A stretch of 55,365 bases of DNA from an uncultured delta proteobacterium. Lineage in GTDB: Bacteria > Myxococcota_A > Polyangia > DRWM01 > JAAZOP01. Positions 17,805 through 27,361 of this stretch are shown piece by piece. Location: the NCBI GenBank assembly GCA_947085355.1, contig CAMTWF010000046.1, positions 1-55,365 on the forward strand, written 5' to 3'. Every line of letters starts with the position of its first letter. Position 1 is the first letter of the stretch. The position numbers and the translations under genes were made by a program. The notes below the pieces were generated by a model. That model was given only the letters and a program-made list of their open reading frames with translations. It had not been told where the DNA came from and made no database searches.

Positions 17805-18710
17805 CTACGGCCCCCGCCGGGATGGGGTGTCGTCCGCGGCCGGCGCGTCGGCGACCGGCCCCTCCGCTTCCGCCGGGGGCCTTCGGACGTACACGAGGAC
17901 GACCTCCAGACGCGAGAAATCCACGGCCGGCGCGACCTCTATCGTCTGGGGCTGCCTGGCGCCGCGCCGCACGACGCGCGACACCGTTCCGACCAGCACG
18001 TTGCGGGGGTAGACGTCGTCCCTGCCCGACGTGAGCACGTGGTGTCCTTCCCTCACGTCGTCGCCCCCGGGGCGCAGATGCTCGACGGTGCAGGCGTACC
18101 GGTCCTCCTCGCCGGTGCCGCGCAGCAGGCCGTAGGACCGGGTTTCCTCGACCACGATCGGGACCCGCGCGTCCGGATCCGCCACCAGCGTGACGTCGGC
18201 GTAGGCGCCGGCCACGGCGCGTACGTACCCGACGAGCCCCTCGTGCGTCAGCACGGGCATCATCGACCGGATGGCGGCGTCCGCCCGGTCCAGCCGGATT
18301 CGCATGACTCGGAAGAACGGCGACATCGACCTGCCGATCACCCTCGCCGCCACGAACTCGCCGGGGTGCGCCTCGCGCAGCCGCAGCATGTCCCGGAGGC
18401 GCGCGTTCTCGGCCGCGACATCCTTGAGCGTGCGGTTTTCCAGGCGCAGGCGCCCCATCTCGAAGCGCAGCCGCTCGTTCTCCTCCTTCGTGTCCACCAG
18501 GTAGATGTAGTCCTCCCACACGTCGGAGATGCCCTCGCCCACGACGGCCAGGACGTACTGGACCGGCGCGGAGGTCTGGAGCAGGAACTCGTCGAACGGG
18601 TTGAGGTCCTGCTTGGCCTTGAGGTTCGACCGCAGGAAGAGGAACGGCACCGCCAACAACGCCAGCGTGACGAACAGGCCCCTGTGGCGACGTAGGAAGG
18701 CCCAGATCAT
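17805..18710 (-). CDS. mreC: Rod shape-determining protein MreC
   Basis: N-terminal TM, a coiled-coil (ENERLRFEMGRLRLENRTLKD), then the beta-rich MreC core. It lies directly downstream of mreB. Confidence 0.85.
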   Translation of the reverse strand: MIWAFLRRHRGLFVTLALLAVPFLFLRSNLKAKQDLNPFDEFLLQTSAPVQYVLAVVGEGISDVWEDYIYLVDTKEENERLRFEMGRLRLENRTLKDVAAENARLRDMLRLREAHPGEFVAARVIGRSMSPFFRVMRIRLDRADAAIRSMMPVLTHEGLVGYVRAVAGAYADVTLVADPDARVPIVVEETRSYGLLRGTGEEDRYACTVEHLRPGGDDVREGHHVLTSGRDDVYPRNVLVGTVSRVVRRGARQPQTIEVAPAVDFSRLEVVLVYVRRPPAEAEGPVADAPAADDTPSRRGP

Positions 18711-18739
18711 GCGATCAGCTATCGGCTATCAGCCGTCGA

Positions 18740-19819
<1,080 letters not shown>

Positions 19820-19842
19820 TTACCACTCTCCACGCGGGCAGG

Positions 19843-21228
<1,386 letters not shown>

Positions 21229-22029
21229 CTATCGGGCGTACGAGTAGGTGAAGACGAAGCGGTAGGCGGCGTGCGGTCGATCGATCCGCGCGTACTCGGG
21301 CGTCCCAAGGCCGCGCACCAGGCAGTCGCGCAGCGCCCGGTACTGCGCCGCGCGCGCCTCGTCCGAACCGGGGATCGACACCTGCATCGTCTTCGCCTCG
21401 AAGTTGACCGCCATCGTCACCGCCACCAGCGACGGCCGCTCCGGCGCCACCGGGAACGACCGCTCGATGCAGTCCTTGACGACGCCCTCGTTGCGCGCCA
21501 TGAACAACTCCATCCCGCGAACGCGCCCACAACGCTCCTTCGGCAGTTCGACGCCGTCGGCGCCCGCGCACTTGCGGATCTCCGTCTTCACGAGCGTCAG
21601 GCGCGAGCCGAACACCGAGCCTGCGGCGGCAGACGGCGCAACGGGGGACTCGGGGACCGGGGCGGGAGCGGAAGGCGGCGGCGCCGGTCGATCGAGCACC
21701 GGCCCCTCGGGGGCGGGAACCCCCGGCTCGGAGACCTCCGGCGAACCGCCGGCGCCGACGCCGACGCCGGGATCGACGGCCGGGGCGGCCGGGGCGGGCG
21801 CGACCGTGCCGCGATCCATGACCGCATCTCCAGTCGGCAGCGACCGGCCTTGGCCCGAGCGATCGGAACCGTCCGGACGGCAGACGAAGTAGACGAGGCA
21901 GAAGCCGAGGGCGAGCGATCCCAGCGCCACCGAGACCATCGGCATCGCGCGTACCCGCTCGGCGGGCAACGGCTCCCGCACGTCGGCGGGATCGACGCCG
22001 CCCGCGCGGCCCTGAACATCGCCGGCCAC
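21229..22029 (-). CDS. Hypothetical membrane-anchored protein with a Pro/Ala-rich linker
   Basis: TM MPMVSVALGSLALGFCLVYFV, a long Pro-rich spacer and a ~110-aa C-terminal globular region. I recognise no family. The start is uncertain. Confidence 0.5.
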   Translation of the reverse strand: MAGDVQGRAGGVDPADVREPLPAERVRAMPMVSVALGSLALGFCLVYFVCRPDGSDRSGQGRSLPTGDAVMDRGTVAPAPAAPAVDPGVGVGAGGSPEVSEPGVPAPEGPVLDRPAPPPSAPAPVPESPVAPSAAAGSVFGSRLTLVKTEIRKCAGADGVELPKERCGRVRGMELFMARNEGVVKDCIERSFPVAPERPSLVAVTMAVNFEAKTMQVSIPGSDEARAAQYRALRDCLVRGLGTPEYARIDRPHAAYRFVFTYSYAR

Positions 22030-22074
22030 GGACGGATCGGTACCGGAGAGCGGGCCGCCGGGTCAAGGCGGGGG

Positions 22075-22213
22075 CTGTGCGCTATGCGCTGTGCGCTATG
22101 CGCTGTGCGCTATGCGTTTTGCGCAAGGCGCATAGCCCCCTCCGCCCACCCCGCTCGGTCACGGGCCCCTGGTCTGAACGCACAGCGCACAGCGCATAGC
22201 GCATAGCGCATGG
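22075..22213. repeat. Inverted arrays of 7-nt units: (CTRTGCG)x6-9 at 22075-22137 and (CGCAYAG)x5 at 22179-22213
   Basis: Direct reading. The left array alternates ctgtgcg/ctatgcg and ends in a local hairpin GCTATGCG-N12-CGCATAGC. The right array is the reverse complement of the left units. It lies in a divergent intergenic region. Confidence 0.9.
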
Positions 22214-22276
22214 CGCCTCCCCGATTGCGGGGCACGGGTGCGTGCGGTATACACGCGCTCGTCGGGAGGTGAGCCG

Positions 22277-22510
22277 GTGGAGGAGCAGTACATCACGCCC
22301 CTGTGGTGGGGCGTTCCGATCGCCGCGGCGGGGGTGCCGCTGGTGTTGTGGGTCGTGCGGCTGCTGGCCGGGCGGCACCGGGACCGCAAGACGCAGGAGA
22401 TCATCGAGGCATCCAACCTGGAAGGACCGGTGCCGGACCTGCCTGGGGGCGTCGAAATCCCGGAGGTGATCCGGCGCAGGGGCCGCGCACGGTTGCGCGG
22501 CCGGTTCTAG
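22277..22510 (+). CDS. Small single-pass membrane protein (hypothetical)
   Basis: GTG at 22277 lies 5 nt after GGGAGGTG. TM WWGVPIAAAGVPLVLWVVRLLAG, with a basic C-terminus. It ends 7 nt before the next gene. Confidence 0.35.
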   Translation: MEEQYITPLWWGVPIAAAGVPLVLWVVRLLAGRHRDRKTQEIIEASNLEGPVPDLPGGVEIPEVIRRRGRARLRGRF

Positions 22511-22517
22511 GTGGCGG

Positions 22518-23378
22518 ATGGCGTATCTCGTCGGACTGCTGTCGACGCACCCGGAATGGGTGCGATGCCTGCTCGAATCGCAGGGGGAGCACCTGCGCGT
22601 GCCCGATCCGCCGCAGCCGGGCGGCTGGGGTATCGGGTTCTACCAGCAGGGGGAGGTTCTGCGGCGCCTGGCGCCGCTCGAACACACCGGGCCGCTCGAC
22701 TTCAGGGATCTGGCCCGCGGCGTTCGCACGCAGGTGCTGATCGGCCACATCCGCCGCGCCGGTCCGGCCGGGCCCCGTGGGCGCAACACGCACCCGTTCA
22801 AGTACCGCGACTGGATCTTCGCGCACACGGGCGACATCCCGCGCCTCGACGACGTGCGAGCCGTGCTGCTCCAGAACGTGCCGTCGTTCCTCGAACGCAA
22901 CATCCAGGGCGAGACCGACTCGGAGATCCTGTTCCACATGATGCTGGCCCACCTGCACCGGCTGAACGTCCTCGATGCGCCGGAGACGCCGATCGACGCG
23001 GCGTGCGAGGCGATCCGCAGGGCGATCCGCGAGGCGGACGAGGCGCTCGCGTCGGTCCATGCGGCCCCGCCGCCCTTCGCGCTGCTCGCCACCAACGGGT
23101 CGATCATGGTCGGCGCGTGCCGGCGCGAGCCGATGTTCCTGGCGCAGTTCGATCGCCTGGTCGATTGCCGCGATTGCGAGGCCGGCGAGCAGCGCAGCCG
23201 GCCGTGCGAGATCTGCCGCAGCGACCGCAGGGATCTCCGCGCGGCGCTGCTCGCGTCGTATCCGCCTCCGATGCCGCCTCGGTACGAGCGACTCCCCGAC
23301 GAGGCGCTGATCGGCATCAAGCCCGACGCCACCGTCGAGACGCTCCCGTTCCGCCCGTCGGCGATCGGGCTGCGCTGA
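22518..23378 (+). CDS. Class-II (Ntn, YafJ-type) glutamine amidotransferase-like protein lacking the N-terminal Cys nucleophile
   Basis: Collinear with YafJ-type GATases (GGWGIGFY, IGHIRRA, RNTHPF, FAHTGDI, GETDSEILFHMML), but the N-terminus is MAYLVG rather than MC-. Confidence 0.72.
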   Translation: MAYLVGLLSTHPEWVRCLLESQGEHLRVPDPPQPGGWGIGFYQQGEVLRRLAPLEHTGPLDFRDLARGVRTQVLIGHIRRAGPAGPRGRNTHPFKYRDWIFAHTGDIPRLDDVRAVLLQNVPSFLERNIQGETDSEILFHMMLAHLHRLNVLDAPETPIDAACEAIRRAIREADEALASVHAAPPPFALLATNGSIMVGACRREPMFLAQFDRLVDCRDCEAGEQRSRPCEICRSDRRDLRAALLASYPPPMPPRYERLPDEALIGIKPDATVETLPFRPSAIGLR

Positions 23379-23454
23379 TCTCCGCCGGCCCGCGTGAACT
23401 GGCGTGGCGCCCGCGGCTGCTGTAGGCTCCCGTCCGGCCGAGGGAGACGGCTCG

Positions 23455-23796
23455 ATGGCTCGATCGCCCAGGCACGGAGGAAAGGCCGGGAAGCATGGCG
23501 GCACGCTTGCAAGGGCCGCGGCGGCGGGCGTCGCGGCGATCGTCGCATGCGGCTGGCCGGCGGCCTGCTCGTTCGAACGATCGGAGCGGCGCCTGGAGCC
23601 GGCCTACCTGTGTCCGAAACTGGCCGACCGCTGCATGCGCTGCCGGGCAGCCGTCCCCGGGTTCGCGGAAGGGGACTGCCGGGGGGATATCCTCGAACGC
23701 TGCAAGGCAAAGGCAGCCCGCCGCCCCTCCTGGCTGGGCGACCTGGCGGCCGCGCTCGACAAGGACTCGTGTCTGGAGTTCGAGCAGGCGTTGTGA
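23455..23796 (+). CDS. Small Cys-rich lipoprotein (hypothetical)
   Basis: Signal peptide and lipobox AAGVAAIVAC, eight Cys residues, and high G/C third positions. The track ORF begins at 23404. Confidence 0.42.
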   Translation: MARSPRHGGKAGKHGGTLARAAAAGVAAIVACGWPAACSFERSERRLEPAYLCPKLADRCMRCRAAVPGFAEGDCRGDILERCKAKAARRPSWLGDLAAALDKDSCLEFEQAL

Positions 23797-23850
23797 CGGC
23801 AGCGCAAGCGTTCACCGCAGAGGACGCAGAGGGGCGCAACGGAGGACGCG

Positions 23851-24654
23851 ATGAACGGATGTGCCGGAAGCGAGGGGACCGAGTCGCTGGCCGTGTTCAG
23901 GGCGTTGGCGGAGTTCATCGAGGCGGGGATGCCGTGCGCGCTGTGCACCGTCGAGCATGCGGCGGGCTCGACGCCGCGCGAGGCGGGGGCGCGCATGGTC
24001 GTGCCGGCCGACGGACGGCCGGTCGGCACGGTGGGCGGAGGCGCCCTGGAGAGCGCCGTGGTCGATCGGGCGCTCGAATGGATCGCCTCCGGGACCACCG
24101 GTACGATCGATTTGGCTCTGGACGCGGCCAAGGAGGACGGCCTGCCGTCGCAGTGCGGCGGCACGGTGCGCGTGCGGATCGAGACGATCGCCCCGCCGCG
24201 CCGTATCGTGATCTTCGGGGCCGGCCACGTGGGCGCCGCCACGGCGCGAGTGGCCCGCGCGGCCGGCTTCCTCCCGGTCGCGATCGACGACCGGGACGAC
24301 CTGCTCGACCCGCTGCGCCGGGACGGCATCGCGACGATACGCGCCCCGCTGAACGACGCCGCGGCTGCCGCGGCCGTGCGCCCCTCGGATGCGCTCGTCG
24401 TGGTCACGCGCGGCCACGCGTTCGACCTCGAGGTCGTCCGGCAGGTGCTCCGGACGCCGTGCGCCTACATCGGGATGATCGGCAGCCGGCGGAAGGTCGC
24501 GACGACCCGCGAGGCACTGCTCCCCGCCGGCTTCTCCGAGACGGACTTCGCGCGCCTTCGCGCTCCCATCGGCCTCGACATCGGCGCCGAGACCCCCGGC
24601 GAACTGGGAGTCGCCATCGTCGGCCAGATCGTCGCCACGCTGCACGGCCGGTAG
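23851..24654 (+). CDS. XdhC/CoxI-family molybdoenzyme maturation (accessory) protein
   Basis: N-terminal XdhC_CoxI block (ALCTVEHAAGSTPREAGARMVV...GTVGGG) and a Rossmann-like C-terminal domain (IVIFGAGHVG...YIGMIGSRRK...GLDIGAETPGE). Confidence 0.85.
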   Translation: MNGCAGSEGTESLAVFRALAEFIEAGMPCALCTVEHAAGSTPREAGARMVVPADGRPVGTVGGGALESAVVDRALEWIASGTTGTIDLALDAAKEDGLPSQCGGTVRVRIETIAPPRRIVIFGAGHVGAATARVARAAGFLPVAIDDRDDLLDPLRRDGIATIRAPLNDAAAAAAVRPSDALVVVTRGHAFDLEVVRQVLRTPCAYIGMIGSRRKVATTREALLPAGFSETDFARLRAPIGLDIGAETPGELGVAIVGQIVATLHGR

Positions 24655-24724
24655 GAAGTCGGGGGGGCGGCGGTCGGGGGCCTCCCGTTCCCGTTCCCGT
24701 TCCGAATGTGCTAGAAGCGGTCCC

Positions 24725-27277
24725 ATGCTACGCGATGCCAAGACCGCTCGTCGGGTGATCGTCGCGGTTCTGGTTGCCGGATCGCTGCTGCCGCTCCTGC
24801 GGATTGCGCAAGGGGGGCTGTGGGAGCCGTGGGAGTTGAACCGGGCCGAGGCGGCGCGCCTGGTGGTCGAGGGCGAGGTCTCGGTCTTCTCGATCCCCGA
24901 GATCCACGGCGAGGGCGAGCGGCCGCCTCTGGCGACATGGGTCACCGCGGCCGGCTTCGCCGTCGGCGGGGCCGGCGTCGTCATGGGGAAGGCCGCCGTG
25001 GCGGGGTTCCTGGCGGCGTGCATCGCGGCGGCCGTGCTGCTGCTGCGGCCCTTCCTGGCGCAGGGCGTGGCGTGGCTCGCCCTGGTCGTCTTCTTCACTA
25101 CCCCGCTCGTGTTCTTCCAGGGCGGATCGGCCGGCGGGGACGGAGTCGCGTTCGGCGCGTATGCCGTCGCCTTCGCGGCGCTGAGCAGGCTGCTGGAGCG
25201 GACGCGGCGCGGCGACGCGCACGCCGTGAGGCGCGAGTTGGCCGTCGACCTCGCCGCGACCGCCGTCGGTCTCGCCCTGTCCTACTTCGCGCTCGGCGCG
25301 GCGCTCGGCGTGGCGCTCCCGGTGACCGCCGCCGCTCTCGCGGCCGTCATCGGCGGCGGCCTGCCGTTGCCCCGTCGATCCGCGGCGGACGCCGACGGCA
25401 TCGCCGCGGCGCTCCGCTGGGGCGCGGTGGTCGCGGCCGTCGTCCTGGCGGTCTGGTTCGTGGTTGCGGTGCTGGCCCACGGACCCGACGAGCAGGTCGA
25501 TCGGTTCACCCTCGCCGTGGGGGGACTCAAGGCGACGCTGCCGCTGGAGACGTTCGATCTGATGCTGGCGCGCCTTGCCTACGGCCTGTTCCCGTGGTGC
25601 GTGCTGCTGCCGATGGCGTTCGCCTGGGTCGCGCTTCCCGGCGGCCCGGAAGCGGACGACGACGGCGCCGGCGCCGGGGACGCCGGCATCGCGTCGGAGC
25701 CCGCGGCCCGCCATGCGGCGCTGCACGCGCTCGTCGCCTACCCGATGCTCGCCTACTGGAACTGGCGATTCCACCCGGCGCCGGTCGTTTTCGTCTTTCC
25801 GGTGGCGCTCTTGGTGGCCCGCTACCTGCAGTCGGCCGCGACGGCCGGGGGCGGCCGGGCGCTGCGGGCGGCCGGCGTCGTGGCGGCGATGCTGGCCGTC
25901 GTCGTCGTCCGCGACGCCTACTCGTTCTCGAAGGAGTTCCTCGACGTGATCGGCTTCCCCGGCGCGGGCGATGTGGTCACCGAAGCGCCGGAGTTCCCGA
26001 TCCGGCTGGCTCTGTCGGTCGCCGTCATGCTCGCGGTCGTCATCGTCACGCACTTCGCGCCGCAGGAGCCGCAGGAGCATTCCTGGCACGAGCGATGCCG
26101 GCGGCAGTTGACGAAGATCCGGGAGGCGTCGGCGGCGCTGCGCCGAGGCGGCGGTTCGGCCCGCCGCGCCGCGATCGTCGCCCTCTCCCCATACGCCGTC
26201 GGCGTGGGCGCATGGCTCTCGCTGCTCGGCGTCTTCATCGTCGCCAGGGGCACCGAGTCGGGGCCGTTCACGCTGACTCATTTCGGCTCGTGGGTCGTGA
26301 TCGGATCGCTGGCGGCCGTGCCCGGCATCGCGCTGTCGGCCGTCATCCGGTGGCGCAGCGCCCTGGGGTCGATCCGTTCGCTGCTTGCGCCGCTGGGGGG
26401 AGCGCCGCTGGCGGCCGGCGGACTTGCCGTCGGCCTCACGGTCGGCCTGGTCGTCGCGCCCGCCCTGGACAAGGGCTACTCCCTGGCTCCGGCCGCGGAG
26501 GCGGCCGCCGCGGCCGGGAATCTGACCGGACGGCTCGCCCTGTTCCAGGTGGAGCCCGCCGCGGTGAACTACTACGGGGCGCTCAAGGGCGCCGAACCGG
26601 TGGCTACCGTCGACGAGGCCGCCGATTGGCTGGCCGGCGCGACGGATGCGACCGGGCGACGCTACCTCGTGCTCCCGGCCAGAATGACCGCCATCAACGA
26701 CGTCAACCAACGGTTCCGCGACAAGCGGGACGGGATGCTGCTCCCCCTCCTGTCGGATCCGGGTGCGCGCTACGTGCTCGCGGCGAGCGACCTGCCGGAG
26801 GGGTTCGACAACCGCAGCCCGCTGGCCGCCGTGATCGCCGCCGGCCCCGTCGCGCCGATGTTCCCGATCCTCGGGTCCAGCTTCGAGGACAAGGTCGAAT
26901 ACCTCGGGTACGACATCGACACGTACCCCGACGGCACCGTCGCCGCCGCCCAGAACGTCACCATCACTCACTTCTGGAAATGCACGGGCAGGATCACCGG
27001 CGACTACAAGGTGTTCGTCCACATAGACGGCATGGGGGACCGGATCAACGGCGATCACGACCCGGCGGGCGGGCTGTACCCGACGCGGTACTGGCGTCCG
27101 GGCGACACCATCATCGACACGCAGCAGATCAGGATCCCGTTCTTCGCCCGGCCGGCGCGCGATCCGGAGGCATATCGGATGTACGTCGGCCTGTTCCGCG
27201 GCGAGACGCGCATGCGGCTGGCCAAGGGACAAGGCGACGACAACAGGCTGTGGGGCGGCGTCATCCGGGTGCGGTGA
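24725..27277 (+). CDS. Large polytopic membrane protein, ArnT/PMT-like (GT39/GT83-type) glycosyltransferase with a C-terminal periplasmic domain
   Basis: 850 aa with more than 10 predicted TM helices, an acidic first loop (LWEPWELNRAE) and a ~280-aa soluble C-terminal domain. The family call rests on architecture only. Confidence 0.6.
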   Translation: MLRDAKTARRVIVAVLVAGSLLPLLRIAQGGLWEPWELNRAEAARLVVEGEVSVFSIPEIHGEGERPPLATWVTAAGFAVGGAGVVMGKAAVAGFLAACIAAAVLLLRPFLAQGVAWLALVVFFTTPLVFFQGGSAGGDGVAFGAYAVAFAALSRLLERTRRGDAHAVRRELAVDLAATAVGLALSYFALGAALGVALPVTAAALAAVIGGGLPLPRRSAADADGIAAALRWGAVVAAVVLAVWFVVAVLAHGPDEQVDRFTLAVGGLKATLPLETFDLMLARLAYGLFPWCVLLPMAFAWVALPGGPEADDDGAGAGDAGIASEPAARHAALHALVAYPMLAYWNWRFHPAPVVFVFPVALLVARYLQSAATAGGGRALRAAGVVAAMLAVVVVRDAYSFSKEFLDVIGFPGAGDVVTEAPEFPIRLALSVAVMLAVVIVTHFAPQEPQEHSWHERCRRQLTKIREASAALRRGGGSARRAAIVALSPYAVGVGAWLSLLGVFIVARGTESGPFTLTHFGSWVVIGSLAAVPGIALSAVIRWRSALGSIRSLLAPLGGAPLAAGGLAVGLTVGLVVAPALDKGYSLAPAAEAAAAAGNLTGRLALFQVEPAAVNYYGALKGAEPVATVDEAADWLAGATDATGRRYLVLPARMTAINDVNQRFRDKRDGMLLPLLSDPGARYVLAASDLPEGFDNRSPLAAVIAAGPVAPMFPILGSSFEDKVEYLGYDIDTYPDGTVAAAQNVTITHFWKCTGRITGDYKVFVHIDGMGDRINGDHDPAGGLYPTRYWRPGDTIIDTQQIRIPFFARPARDPEAYRMYVGLFRGETRMRLAKGQGDDNRLWGGVIRVR

Positions 27278-27361
27278 GGTAACCGTTCCCCCATACGCCA
27301 GCTCCCCCCCCTTCATCCGGCGGGTAGGTGCAGCCCTCCGGCGGGCATCTGTTGCCTGCTG

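Noticed and set aside
15229-18519. A 1096-aa minus-strand ORF, with similar giants at 48692..52345, 24728..27316, 27392..29896, 1621..4197, 4047..6530, 10850..12319 and 39378..41639.
   Set aside because: Their translations are Arg/Gly/Pro/Ala-rich low-complexity strings. They lie antisense to, or out of frame with, genes that have strong family signatures (mrdA/mreCD, cusA, GT39, sulfatase, kbl/tdh, bamB, the lipoprotein). Long stop-free alternative frames are expected at this GC content.
22082-22416. Minus-strand ORFs reading through the heptamer arrays (for example ...THSAQRIAHSAQRIAHSA).
   Set aside because: They are a direct translation of the CGCAYAG/CTRTGCG repeats with poor codon bias and no RBS, and they overlap the better-supported plus-strand small membrane protein. 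They are treated as non-coding repeat DNA.
26083-26098. A second sigma-54-like match (TGGCACGAGCGATGCC).
   Set aside because: It lies deep inside the GT39-like coding sequence, has a weaker -12 element, and has no downstream start codon to serve.
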